Shown here: piece by piece, positions 1 through 12,996 of the stretch
Layout of the letters: each line of letters opens with the position of its first letter
Numbering within the stretch: position 1 is the first letter of the stretch
NCBI GenBank assembly: GCA_964016885.1
Contig: OZ024744.1
Coordinates: 107,384,001-107,448,000, forward strand
DNA from: Eledone cirrhosa
Lineage: Eukaryota
Length of the DNA stretch: 64,000 nucleotides
Direction: 5' to 3'
Program-made: the position numbers and the translations under genes
The notes under the pieces: generated by a model
Database searches by the model: none
The model's input: only the letters and a program-made list of their open reading frames with translations
Told to the model about the DNA's origin: nothing

Positions 1-20
1 ACATAAATACATTCATACAT

Positions 21-618
21 GGTGGCTGCCAACTCGTTTTCGAGTACGGCCACTACTTTATATCCATGTAGGAGAACCCCTACCGATGCGCTGAACGAGT
101 GAGACTTTTTAGTCCAGCCAGTGACCTGAAAACTCTGGTACAAACACTACACTTTTGACAATTATTGACAGTGCTGGGCCCATGGTACCATGTGACGACA
201 AGTGCAGAGAGATCTCCAGATATAAAGCAATGCCTGTGCCGTGAAGCTTTTATAGTGAGCAAAGGCACTGCACAAAGCCAGTCCCACTCTCTTAACCAAG
301 ATGATATTTACCAAAAAGAAGAACAAGTCAACATCATTGGATACCATCAGGGTTGCAGGTGTTATATCAGTTTTCCTTCTCCTAGAATTCTGCCTTGACA
401 AAGACTAAGGGGTCATCTCTCCCGGTGATTTTGGATGGCCATTGACTCTTAAGAGCTCCTTTGCCCTTTGACAGGTTTTGTTTTTAGTCCTGCAGGATGT
501 CCAAAGTCACCCTCCTCACCAAGAAACTTTGGTGAGGTTGCCAGTTTAGTCGCCAACGACCCGACCATGGGACAGGTTGTACTGGGATACATGTTACCAG
601 TAGCACCAACTGGTGACC
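21..618 (-). mobile_element. Non-autonomous RTE-derived element, family A (RTE-like 5' part plus RTE 3' end with zinc-finger remnant, (TATG)n tail)
   Basis: Near-identical reverse complement of 35796-36400 and similar to 4412-4777. Minus strand reads [17 protein letters not shown], matching the last C2H2 finger of the RTE at 3109. Has a variant of the GGAGAAGGAAAACTCTGA motif seen in RTE 5' regions. Confidence 0.75.
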
Positions 619-815
619 ATTCATACATACATACATACATACATACACACACATACATACACACATACAAAGATACATACATTCATATATACACACATAC
701 ATGCATACATACACACACACACACACACACGTGCATTTCCATACATATCTCTTCCAAACTGAATTCAGCTTATCTCATTGCAGGATTAACTCAGAGGAAA
801 TTTAGGTTTTGTAAC

Positions 816-975
816 TGATGATGGTGGTGGTGGTGGTAGCGATGGCGGTTGTGGTGGTGATGGTAGCGAAGGTGGTGGTGTAGTGGTGGTGTAGTGGTGG
901 TGATGGTGATGGTGATGGTGGTGGTGACAGTGGTGCTGCTGCTGATTATTATGGTGGTAGTGGTGCTGGTTATGG

Positions 976-1006
<31 letters not shown>

Positions 1007-1270
1007 GGTGGTGGTGATGGCAGCGATGGTGGTGGTGGTGGTGTAGTGGTGGTGTAGTGGTGGTGATGGTGATAGTGGTGGTGACAGTGGTGCTGCTGCT
1101 GCTGATTATTATTATGGTGGTAGTGGTGCTGGTTATGGTGATGGTGGTGGTGGTGGTGGTGGTGGTGGTGGTGGTGGTGGTGATGGTGCTGGTTACGATG
1201 GTGGTGGTGGTGGTGATGGTGACAATGACAATAGTGATAACACTACTGAAAATGTCAATGATGATGATGG
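816..1270. repeat. Degenerate (GGT/GAT)n trinucleotide repeat
   Basis: Read directly; produces the poly-T/H/V pseudo-ORFs. Confidence 0.9.
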
Positions 1271-1456
1271 TTAAAATATCTGCTTCCATCAACTGTAGAA
1301 GGTAAAATGGTTAATGAAACTCATACGATAGCCAATATGAAGTTCTTTATTATTTCTCTTTGAAAAGAAGCTTTGTTATCAGAAGATACCGAGTGTCAAT
1401 TCCTGCAACATCTGCTAATACTCTATCTTACAGCTTCTCTTTGAAACTGAATTTAA

Positions 1457-1829
1457 CATACATAACGATATACATACATATATACATACACATATAAATA
1501 AGTTCATACATACATACATATATATGTACGTTCATATATGCATACATCCATACATACATACATATATATGTACGTTCATATATACATACATCCATACATA
1601 CATACATATATATGTACGTTCATATATACATACATCCATACATACATATATATGTACGTTCATATATACATACATCCATACATACATACATATATATGTA
1701 CGTTCATATATACATCCATACATACATACATATATATGTACGTTCATATATACATACATACATACATACATATATATGTACGTTCATATATACATACATA
1801 CATACATACATATATATGTACGTTCATAT

Positions 1830-1861
<32 letters not shown>

Positions 1862-2055
1862 GTATGTACGTTCATATATACATACATACATACATACATA
1901 TATATGTATGTACGTTCATATATACATACATCCATACATATATATGTACGTTCATATATACATACATCCATACATACATACATATATATGTACGTTCATA
2001 CATCCATACATACATACATACATATATATGTACGTTCATATATACATACATACAT
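1457..2055. repeat. (CATA)n-derived minisatellite with recurring GTACGTTCAT core, unit about 32-44 bp
   Basis: Repeated catatatatgtacgttcatatatacatacatc units. The same core recurs at 3.9, 4.37 and 5.56 kb. Confidence 0.85.
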
Positions 2056-2175
2056 GATGATGGCTGCCCCCTCGTTATCGAGTATGGCCATTGCACGAGG
2101 AGAAAAAAAAAAACGAAAAAAAAAACTAATAAATAAATAAAAAAAAAAAAAAAAAAAAAAAAAAAAGAAAAGAAA
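2053..2175 (-). mobile_element. Mini-element: T-rich tract plus about 45-bp RTE-type 3' end plus (TATG)n tail
   Basis: GATGGCTGCCCCCTCGTTATCGAGTATGGCCATTGCACG core is repeated at 6217, 35599-35640 and 42189-42230. Confidence 0.65.
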
Positions 2176-2190
2176 TATATATATATATAT

Positions 2191-2862
2191 GCCGCTCATC
2201 TCGAATTTTGTTTATCGTGAACTCGTGCGCCGATTTTTCGATACTCGATTATTCTACTATATTTAGCTCTAGACTTAGCTATTGACCAGTTAATTTTATT
2301 GTTCATTTTTTGTCGATTCTATTAAATGATGAATAGCCCGTTTATTTTAACATGTCTATTGAGCACTCTTATTCGATATGTGTTTTTGCCACACTTTTCC
2401 GAATATTTTTGCGGATATAAAGGTTATCTCCCTTGCTGAAATCCATGTGCGTATTTTTAGCCTGGGTCTTGTCTTTCCATCCATTCGGACGAAGCTCGTT
2501 GATAAAGTAACTCCAGTCCCCCGCTATCTGTAAGTCTTATATTTTTATATGAGCTGATAGATGGCGGTTTAAGGATTTACAGAAACCCAAGAAGCTAGAT
2601 ATTCCATCTCTCTAGTGGGTCCGGGTATGCATTTTACATTCATTTCATTTATTGATTTATTGATAATTATCTGAGTGTCCCGAATCTTCCATATCGAACT
2701 TATCGGTTATTTGGTTGATTGTAGACATATTCTACGTGTCACGGTATTTAACGATAGTTATAGCTCTAATTTATTTGAATTATAGAGCCCTCTGCCGCTC
2801 ATCTCGAATTTTGTTTATCGTGAACTCGTGCGCCGATTTTTCGATACTCGATTATTCTACTA
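2191..2862. mobile_element. ORF-less repeat with about 70-bp terminal direct repeat (pseudo-LTR-like, probably PLE-derived)
   Basis: GCCGCTCATCTCGAATTTTG...ATTCTACTAT at 2191-2260 and 2794-2862, flanked by TA repeats. A second partial copy lies at 30550-30830. Confidence 0.55.
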
Positions 2863-3099
2863 TATATATATATATATATATATAAATGAAAGGTATAGAA
2901 ATTGTTTTAGCGAGAAGCTAACAGTATTTCATAATATATATGCGACTGTGTCGTCAAGATGGGAAAAATAGTTAACGTAAGATGTAGGAAAAATGATATT
3001 ATATATATACATACACACATACATACACATATACACACACACACATATACACACACACGCACACACATAAGCATATCTATACACACACACACACACACA

Positions 3100-3786
3100 C
3101 GATAGCAACTAACAGCGCTGCGATCGAATGTGGCTTTTTAGCCCAGCCAATGATCTAAAATGTCTTGCACAGAGTCGGCAACCAAAACATTTACTGGGAA
3201 TAGCCGGCTGTGGTTGGAGTTCATGTACTTTTGCATGTCGCTTGAGCCCTCCTGCTGATTTACATTCTCTACCACATGTTTGGCAAGCATCATGAGTAGC
3301 ATCTCCAACAGCAGCCTGGTAGTCAACCACTGGTCTTACTTTATGACTGCGAAGATGACTTTCGAGTCCAGCTTTGCTGAGGCAGAGTCTCGCACAGACG
3401 CTGCATGTCAGCACCATAGGAGGACCCTCACCGTCTGGAAGTGCAACAGCAATACCCTTCCTCACATCCCGCTTTACTTTCTCGTATGCGATTCGAGATG
3501 CCTCAAAGGCAACTTTTCCCTCATATACAGTCTTTCTCCATTTATTACGATCAGCAGCAATATTTTCCCATGTATCAGCAGAGATGTTAGCGTCTTTCAG
3601 AGAGGCTTTCAAGGAATCCTTATACCTCTTTTTTGGTTTATGTGGCGGTCGTTTTCCTTTAACCAACTCTCCATAAAAGAGTTGTTTTGGTATTCTAGAA
3701 TCCTTCATCCTGGCAAGGTGACCACTCCAACGGAGTCGTTGCTTAAGCACAAGAGCTTCTATACTGTCACACATAGAGCTTTCCAA
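3100..3786 (-). mobile_element. RTE LINE 3' fragment (C-terminal domain plus three C2H2-like zinc fingers)
   Basis: ORF 3109-3888 reads QRLRWSGHLARMKDSRIPKQLFYGEL..., CSVC..HLRSH, CQTC..HAKVH, CRLC..HIRSQRC. Highly similar to 41335-41909. Confidence 0.9.
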
Positions 3787-4225
3787 ATACATACATACAT
3801 ACATACATACATGCATACATACATACATACATACATGCATGCATGCATGCATGCATGCATGCATACATACATACATACATACATACATACATTTGTACGT
3901 TCATATATACATACATACATACATACATACGTTCATATATACATACATACATACATATGTACATTCATATATACATACATACATATATATATACATACAT
4001 ATATACATTTATATATGCATACATATATACTTATGTCCATACATACATAATATATACATTCACACATACATACATATATATACATTTATATATGCATACA
4101 TATATACTTATGTCCATACATACATAATATATAAATTCACACATACATAATATATACATTCACACATATATATATATACATTCATACATACATATACACA
4201 TACATACATATATAAATATATATAT

Positions 4226-4328
4226 AGTGTATTTTGCAATACACTGTATGCTTAATTAAAAGCATTTCGAAGACCTTATGCTATTGTTTTAGAGTAGTGA
4301 CAGTCTCACTTACTTTAATTATCAGCAT
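4226..4328 (-). mobile_element. Fragment of the 36.6-kb hammerhead-bearing mini-element (3' part, ribozyme absent)
   Basis: Reverse complement of about 36700-36800. Confidence 0.7.
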
Positions 4329-4411
4329 ACATATATACATACACATATAAATAAGTTCATACATACATATATATGTACGTTCATACATACATACATATAT
4401 ATGTACGTTCA

Positions 4412-4777
4412 TGGTGGCTGCCAACTTGTTTTCGAGTACGGCCACTACTTTATATCCATGTAGGAGAACCCCTACCGATGCGTTAAACAAGTGTGACTTT
4501 TCAGTCCAGCCAGTGACCTGAAAACTCTGGTACAAACACTACACTTGCGACAATTATTGACACAGTGCTGGGCCCATGGTACCATGTGACGACAAGTGCA
4601 GAGAGATCTCCAGATATAAAGCAATGCCTGTGCCGTGAAGCTTTTATAGTGAGTAAAGGCACTGCACAAAGCCAGTTCCACTCTCTTAACCAAGATGATA
4701 TTTACCAAAAAGAAGAACAAGTCAACATCATTGGATACCATCAGGGTTGCAGGTGTTATATCAGAGTTTTCCTTCTA
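4412..4777 (-). mobile_element. Family A non-autonomous RTE-derived element, 5'-truncated
   Basis: Near-identical to 21-380. Confidence 0.75.
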
Positions 4778-5006
4778 TGTATATATGTATGTATGTACAT
4801 ACATACATACATACATATATACATTTATATATGCATACATATATACTTATGTCCATACATACATAATATATACATTCACACATACATACATATATATACA
4901 TTCACACATACATATATATATAATAAAAGTATATATACGTACATACATGTATACAGACGTACAGTAGTATGTATATATACATACATGCACACACATATAT
5001 ATATAT

Positions 5007-5311
5007 GTACGTATGGATTCACCGAACATTTATTATAATGCTCGGTCTGTATACATATATGTATGTACGTATATATACTTATATTTAAGTAACAGCTGTA
5101 CTAAGAGTGAGAAATGAAATTTCATTTCATTCTGGCAGGAAGGTATACGTTGCTGACGATAGCTAATAAGCTTGAAACTAGTACAGCGTTCCTTTGTCAG
5201 TGTTGAACAAATGAGCAACGATGGTTGCTGGACACTGTACGGCTTAATTCGGGATGTTTGTTTACAAACACACCGAGCATTATAATAAATGTTCGGTGAA
5301 TCCATACGTAC
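5007..5311 (+). mobile_element. Small ORF-less element with 40-bp terminal inverted repeats enclosing a hammerhead (PLE pseudo-LTR-like)
   Basis: Inverted repeats at 5007-5046 and 5272-5311. A partial second copy of the internal part lies at about 5427-5500. Confidence 0.65.
5147..5189 (+). ncRNA. Minimal type I hammerhead ribozyme
   Basis: ACGTTG-CTGACGA-tAGCTaataAGCTt-GAAA-CTAG-TA-CAGCGT. Stem I extends to about 5132-5200 and stem III is the palindrome CTAG. Confidence 0.8.
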
Positions 5312-5696
5312 ATATATATATGTGTGCATGTATATATATATATACATACATACTACTGTACGTCTGTATACATATATGTATGTATACAGACGTACAGCAG
5401 TATGTATATATATATACATATATGTATGTACGAATATATACTTATATTTAAGTAACAGCCGTACTAAGAGTGAGAAATGAAATTTTGTTTCATTTTTTTC
5501 CGTATATATATATATATACATTCATACATACATATACACATACATACATATATATATATGTACGTTCATACATACATACATATACATACATATACATACA
5601 TATATATATACATACATACATAAATACATACATACATTTATGTATACATACATATATACATACGTTCATACATTTATATATACATACGTTCATACA

Positions 5697-6184
5697 TCTA
5701 TATATATAAAGTTGTATTCCTGTGTTTGTTTGTTCAGGCACTCCTCCTATAGTTTTGGAGATAGACCCCCATAACCATATATATTCTGAAACTACATTGC
5801 CCAGGGTACTTGGATAAGTATATTTCATTTTAATCAAATGGTTCCCCGGGGTCAAAAACCCCCTGCTGAAAATTTTTCCCCTTCGATTTATATGAAATTT
5901 AAACCATAGGTAAATGACAAGATATGATGCCTGTTCACAAAAGTTTTGAATTGATATTGTGAAAAAAATTATTTACAAGAAATAAAATAAGAATAAGATT
6001 TAATAACATAATTTTGATTTGATATATTACAAAAAATGATTTCCAATTTTTCATGCATTACATTTTATATTGAGTAATATTGAAATGCAGAGTTTTTCTC
6101 CATAAATTATATCACTGAAAATCAATCATCATTTTCTTACAAAAAAATGTCTGAAACGCAGCAAGGCGCGGGTAATTCGGCTAG
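5697..6184 (+). mobile_element. Non-autonomous Helitron
   Basis: Starts A|TCTATATATATAAAG and ends with a GC-rich subterminal segment (CGCAGCAAGGCGCGGG) then CTAG|T. Inserted at an AT site with no TSD. Confidence 0.75.
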
Positions 6185-6214
6185 TACATAATATATACAT
6201 ACATACATATATAC

Positions 6215-6613
6215 ATGATGGCTGCCCCCTCGTTATCGAGTAAGGCCATTGTACGATATAACATTAATAATTATAAATTAATGCTATCGTGCAATGCCTG
6301 TGCATGAACATTTTTTAAAAAATGAACAAAGACTGTGCACTGAGCCAATCCCACTCTCTGAGTGACAGTAGAAAAGAAGAAAAGATCAACATCATCGGTA
6401 ACTACTGAGCCACAGATTTTATGTCGGAGTTATCCCAGTTTCCTGAGTTGCATTCTCCAAAAGAATGCCCTGACAAAGGCTAGGGGTCCTTCACTCCCAG
6501 TGGTTTAACCGCGCGGTACATGTGTATATACATATTTACACACTTTTGGATGGCCGTTGACTCTTATGAGTTCTTCCGCCCTTTGTCAGACTGTTTTTTT
6601 TGTCCTGCAGGGT
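6215..6613 (-). mobile_element. Diverged sibling of the family A RTE-derived element
   Basis: Shares GGATGGCC.TTGACTCTTA, GTCCTGCAGG and CCCACTCTC blocks with family A, and has the mini-element 3' end. Confidence 0.65.
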
Positions 6614-6644
6614 ACATACATGCATAAATACATAAATACATACA

Positions 6645-7302
6645 TACTGAGAGACTGCTGAATGTAGAGAATAAGTGGGACAGCAAAGCCCTACCCCATG
6701 TAGACCCTACTGAGGGACCAGCTATAAAAGTTGACAACAGTTTGGTAGATAAATCAATTAAAGACATGAAGATAGGGAAGACAACTGGACCATCTGGTAT
6801 AGTTGCTGAGATACTAAAAGTAGTTGGTATGGTTGGATATGAGCTAGTGAGATATATAGTTAAGTAGTACAAGATGGTGTCATACCTAATGACTGGCACA
6901 GCAGTGTCATTGTAGATTACTACAAGGGTAAAGGAGATACACTAGAGAGAAGTAACTACAGAGGTATCAAGTTGATGGACCAGGTCATGAAAGTTGCTGA
7001 AAGGGTTATAACACAACTAATTAGACAGAAACAGTTTTGATGAGATGCAGTTTAGATTTATGCCAGTCAGGGGTATTACTGATGCCCTCTTTCTGGTGGG
7101 ACAACTACAGGAGAGGTACTTAGCTAAGAGTAAGCCACTGTATCTGGATTTTGTGGATCTGGAGAAGGTCATTGACACTGTTATCTGGTGGACACTTCAG
7201 AAGCTAGGTATAGATGAATGGCTTGTGAGAGATGTGCAGGCCATGGATGGAGCAACCAGCAGAGTGAGAGTTGGCAATGAGTACAGTAATGAATTTGAAG
7301 TG
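6645..7302 (+). pseudogene. Degenerate RTE reverse-transcriptase fragment
   Basis: MQFRFMPVRGITDALFLVGQLQERYLAKSKPLYLDFVDLEK; homologous to the 33465 ORF, with stops and frameshifts. Confidence 0.85.
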
Positions 7303-7541
7303 TATATACAGATAAAGAATTAGAACAGAATAGGCCTGACTTAGTGGTTTTTAACAACTGTCATAAGAGCATGGTTGTCACCATCATCATAGAGTCACTA
7401 GGAACTATTTCGAAGGGTTTCTAAGGCTGGCTAAATGTTCATTAGGGCAAATTTTCTGGTTAAATTACATCAATAACTGAGATATCAAATTCCAAATAAA
7501 GGAAGAGAGAGAGAAAGAGATAAACGAAAATGTCACCTTTT

Positions 7542-7925
7542 ATCATCATCATCATTTTACGTCCGCTTTTTCCTGCTTGCAAGGGTGGGACGGGAACTAT
7601 TCTGGCTTGATTTCTACAGCTGGATGCCCTTCCTAACACCAACCTCATTTACAGTGAGTGTTGGGTGTTTTTTTGCCGTGGCACCCCCACAACCACTTTA
7701 CAGTGTGGGCTGGGTGCTTTTTTGCCTTGGAACTTCCACGACCACTTTGCAGTGGAATGATAGGGACCCCAGTCCTATCATCTCATTTCTACAGCTGAGT
7801 AAACTGGAGCAATGTGAAATAAAGTGTCTTGCTCAAGGAAACAACACATCACCCGGTCTGAGATATGAACTCACCACCTTTCGATTGCAAGGCCAATGCT
7901 CTAACCACTAAGCCATGTGCCTCCA
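7542..7925 (-). mobile_element. tRNA-derived SINE with RTE-derived 3' part and (GAT)n tail
   Basis: Reverse complement of 29491-29828, with A/B boxes at its 5' end. Confidence 0.85.
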
Positions 7926-8097
7926 TTATATATATTTTATATATCTTTTATATATATATATATATATATGTAAATTATATTCTCTAAAACCCTTTTCTAA
8001 TTAATATACACCTTAACTTTATTATATACTTTTTATCATATTTCCTGTAACATGACAAAAAAAAAAGGTCAAAATTTTTATCGGCTGAAACCGGTAC

Positions 8098-8364
8098 TCA
8101 TCATCATTTCATTTTACGTCCGCTTTTCCCTGCTTGCAAGGGTGGGACGGGAACCGATTCTGGCTTGATTTCTACAGCTGGATGCCCTTCCTAACACCAA
8201 CCTCATTTACAGTGAGTGCTGGGTGCTTTTTTTTTTGCCGTGGCACCTCCACGACCACTTTGCAGTGGAATGATAGGGACCCCAGTCCCTATCATCTCAT
8301 TTCTATAGCTGAGTAAACTGGAGCAATGTGGAATAAAGTCTCTTGCTCAAGGAAACAACACATC
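8098..8364 (-). mobile_element. Same SINE, 5'-truncated
   Basis: Near-identical to 7542-7850. Confidence 0.8.
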
Positions 8365-8711
8365 TATAACTATAAATTAGTTGGGTTTTTTTAAAACTGT
8401 TTTTCTGTTATTCTATGAGAAAATCCTATTAGCATTTTCTACTTTTTTTCTTATTTTCCTAATATATATCAAATCGTGTGTCACTATCGTCATCATCGCC
8501 GTTTAACAGCCACCTTCCACATATATATAATATATACACAGAATTTTCATGTGTCAGCTAGTAATGATAAAAATTAATCATATCCTTTATTGGTTTCAGT
8601 TAGACAATTGGTCTGTGATTGTAGTTGGGCAGTCTATTGTAATCTATTTATATTGATCTCCTGGAGCACTCAATAACAGAGATAGGATGAGAGAGAGATA
8701 GGGAGAGAGAC

Positions 8712-8742
<31 letters not shown>

Positions 8743-8743
8743 C

Positions 8744-8780
<37 letters not shown>

Positions 8781-10132
8781 GAGAGAAAGGATGAGAGAAT
8801 CAAAGTAAGAGAGAGGATGAGAGAGAGATGATGCATAATAGAATATGAAAGAAAAGGGAATAGTGTAAGATAGAGAGAGAGAGACAGAGATAGAGAGATA
8901 GAGAGATAGAGAGGGACAGAGTAAGATATAGAGAGAGATAGAGACAGACATAGAGTAAGATATATAGAGAGAGATATATCGAATAAGAGATATAGAGAGA
9001 TAGAGAGATATAGACTGAGATAGAGAGAGAGAGATAGATATAGAGTGAGAGATAGAGAGATATAGACTAAGAGATAGAGAGATAGAGAGAGATATAGAGA
9101 GATAGACTAAGAGATAGAGACTGAGAGATAGAGATATAGACTAAGATAGAGAGAGAGACTAAGATGTAGAGAGGTAGAGAGATATAGACTAAGATAGAGA
9201 GAGATAGAGAGATCTAGACTAAGATAGAGAGAGATAGAGAGATATAGACTAAGATATAGAGAGGTAGAGAGATATAGACTAAGAGATAGAGAGATAGAGA
9301 GAGATATAGAGAGATAGAGAGATATAGAGTAAGATAGAGAGAGATAGAGAGATATAGACTAAGATAGAGAGAGGTAGAGATATAGACTAAGATATAGAGA
9401 GATAGAGAGATATAGAGTAAGATATAGAGAGATAGAGAGATATAGACTAAGATAGAGATAGATAGATAGAGAGTAAGATATAGAGCTATAGAGAGATATA
9501 GACTAAGATAGAGAGAGAGACTAAGATGTAGAGAGGTAGAGAGATATAGAGTAAGATAGAGAGAGATAGAGATATAGAGTGAGAGATAGAGAGAGTGAGA
9601 GATAGAGAGATATAGAGTAAGATAGAGAGAGATAGAGAGATATAGAGTAAGATATAGAGAGATAGAGAGATATAGAGTAAGATATAGAGAGATAGATAGA
9701 TATAGACTAAGATAGAGAGAGAAAGAGAGATATAGAGTAAGATATAGAGGTAGAGAGATAGACTAAGATAGAGAGAGATAGAGAGATATAGACTAAGATA
9801 GAGAGAGGTAGAGATATATAGACTAAGATATAGAGAGGTAGAGATATAGAGTAAGATAGAGAGAGGTAGAGAGATATAGACTAAGATAGAGAGAGGTAGA
9901 GAGATACAGACTAAGATAGAGAGAGGTAGAGAGATATAGACTAAGATAGAGAGAGGTAGAGAGATATAGACTAAGATATAGAGAGGTAGAGAGATATAGA
10001 CTAAGATATAGAGAGGTAGAGAGATATAGACTAAGATAGACAGAGATAGAGAGATATAGACTAAGATATAGAGAGATAGAGAGATAGAGAGAGACTAAGA
10101 TATAGAGAGGTAGAGAGATATAGACTAAGATA

Positions 10133-11824
10133 TGTTTCTTTTATTTGCCACCAGGGCATCAAAAGTGGGACAAGTACAATGGGGGGAGTTTACAAAACAA
10201 GGCGTCCTCAAAATGGAGGAGGCAATAACAATATATAAAAATAAAATACAATATAACAAAAAATAAAATTATAACAAAATCCTCAATAGAGAGGAGGCGC
10301 CTTGGGGGGTCGTACACCCCCCCCCGAAAAAAGTGTGCAACCCTTCTCAGGAGCACAGAGAGAGGTTGCTCCCTCGTTCCTTCCTCTTTTCCACCTACAG
10401 GCTTATGTAAAGAGAAGGCCCATTCACACGGGCCATTCTCGCCACTTTCACCCACCTTTCATAAAAACGACTGGGGTGGAGCACCTCTCTCTCCATCCTG
10501 ATCCTTCTTCTGAAATGATATCAGAAGAAACGGACCAGTTGCTGGCCAGAGAGAAAGGTGCCTGACCTCAGTCCTTTCAGACGCGTCCACCATACAACTT
10601 CTTTCATGGCTATTACGCACAGAAACACCGCCTCTCCTTCATCTTTGAAGGGGGGAGGCGGCTTGATCATTACAATAGACTTGGTGGTCAACCGGATCGG
10701 TCCCACCCTTGACAGCAGTTGTTCGACATAGCCCGACAGATCGGCTACGCCCGAGCAGTGTACCAATGCGTGTGCAACGGTTTCCTCGTCGCACACGCAT
10801 CTGGGACAGATCTTTTTGGCGGGGTCCCTACCCGGGCGCCCGTGTCTGTAGAGCTTTTCTCGAACGGGTAGTGCTCCTCGGTAGCACTGCCAGGCCAGGG
10901 ACTTCTGGAAGTTGTCCATAGGTCCCGGGCTGAATGTCCTACCGAACAGGCTGGCCAGTTCGTCCTCCTCCATGTCTAGGGCTTCTCCGAGGGCGTCGTC
11001 GCACCTGCTGCGTACCAGCCCTCTATAGAATGTTGCGGTGGAGTCTCCACTGATAACCGGATCCGCCTGCCAGAGGTCGGTGAGCGCCTGGGCACACTCA
11101 GTGTGCCAGGCGCCCAGTTTTCTCGGTCTTTGCTTGACCCAGGATTGCAGCTCGGTGAGTGAGACGAGTCTGGGAAAGGTTCATCTCACAAACGAGGCCC
11201 ACACCGGTTGTCCGGTGAGGAATACGTGGAGGTGCCGTAACCTTAATGTGTGTTTACCCATCATTAGCCACGGCATCCCCAGCCCTCCTTTCAAAGGGTG
11301 TTGACAGCAGATGGATTTCTCACCAAGAGAGCCCGCCTCTTCCAAGGGAATTGGAAGAGCGCGCGCTCCATCTTGGCGAGGGTTTCCCTTGGGCAAGGCA
11401 CTACGGTCAGGCGGTAGTAGATGACGGACGCTATATAGGTGTTCGCCACCTCCGCCCGACCTTTCAGGGACAGTTTGCAACTGGCCCACTTCTGGGTCAG
11501 TGCAAACACCCTGTTCGTAACCTCCGCCCAGTTCTTCTCCACCTGGAGGTCTGGTCCGAACCAGACCCCGAGCAACTTCACCGGGCCCTCCATCCACGCC
11601 ATCGGAGGGCATCGGTCTGCCCCTCCACGTGCCGAGTTGCAAACCGATCGACTTGTCCCGGTTCAGCTTAGCCCCTGTGAACCTTTCGTACTCCTCCAGT
11701 AAGGTGCCGACCGCCCCGATTTCGGAGGCTGTCGACACCATTACTGTCACGTCATCGGCTTAGGGACACTGCTTTCCACAATACGGTTCCAAAGGGATGC
11801 CCTGCAACAACTCCAACTTCCGCA
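10133..11824 (-). mobile_element. Tx1/L1-clade LINE, 5'-truncated and degenerate (RT C-terminus plus zf-RVT)
   Basis: ADDVTV RT motif, LLGVWFGP, LSLKGRAEV, GGLGMP and AWQCYRGALPVR..CPRC..ETVAHALVHC. AATAAA near the 3' end on the minus strand. Confidence 0.85.
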
Positions 11825-12996
11825 GATAGAGAAGTAGAAAGATATAGACCAAGATATAGAGAGGTAGAGAGATATAGAGTAAGATATAGAGAGATAGAGA
11901 GATATAGACTAAGATAGAGAGAGATAGAGTGATATAGACTAAGATAGAGAGAGGTAGAGAGATATAGACTAAGATATAGAGGGATAGAGAGAGAGAAACT
12001 AAGATATAGAGAGGTAGAGAGATACAGAGTAAGATATAGAGAGATAGAGAGATATAGAGTAAGATATAGAGAGGTAGAGAGATATAGACTAAGATATAGA
12101 GAGGTAGAGAGATATAGACTAAGATATAGAGAGATAGAGATATATAGAGTAAGATATAGAGAGGTAGAGAGATATAGACTAAGATATAGAGAGATAGAGA
12201 TATATAGAGTAAGATATAGAGAGGTAGAGATATATAGAGTAAGATATAGAGAGGTAGAGAGATATAGACTAAGATATAGAGAGATAGAGATATATAGAGT
12301 AAGATATAGAGAGGTAGAGAGATATAGACTAAGATATAGAGAGATAGAGATATATAGAGTAAGATATAGAGAGGTAGAGAGATATAGACTAAGATATATA
12401 GAGAGAGAGATATATAGAGTAAGATATAGAGAGGTAGAGAGATATAGACTAAGATATAGAGAGATAGAGATATATAGAGTAAGATATAGAGAGGTAGAGA
12501 GATATAGACTAAGATATAGAGAGATAGAGATATATAGAGTAAGATATAGAGAGGTAGAGAGATATAGACTAAGATATAGAGAGATAGAGATATATAGAGT
12601 AAGATATAGAGAGGTAGAGAGATATAGACTAAGATATAGAGAGATAGAGATATATAGAGTAAGATATAGAGAGGCAGAGAGATATAGACTAAGATAGAGA
12701 GAGATAGAGATATATAGAGTAAGATATAGAGAGGTAGAGAGATATAGACTAAGATATAGAGAGATAGAGATATATAGAGTAAGATATAGAGAGGTAGAGA
12801 GATATAGACTAAGATATAGAGAGATAGAGATATATAGAGTAAGATATAGAGAGGTAGAGAGATATAGACTAAGATATAGACAGGTAGAGAGATAGAGACT
12901 AAGTTATAGAGAGGTAAAGAGATATAGAGTAAGATAGAGAGAGATAGAGATATATATACTAAGATATAGAGAGATAGAGAGATATAGACTAAGATA

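Noticed and set aside
786-1305. His/Thr/Val-rich ORFs
   Set aside because: Translations of the trinucleotide repeat.
8040-8097. GAAACCGGTA hammerhead half
   Set aside because: No recognisable CUGANGA core or stems upstream.
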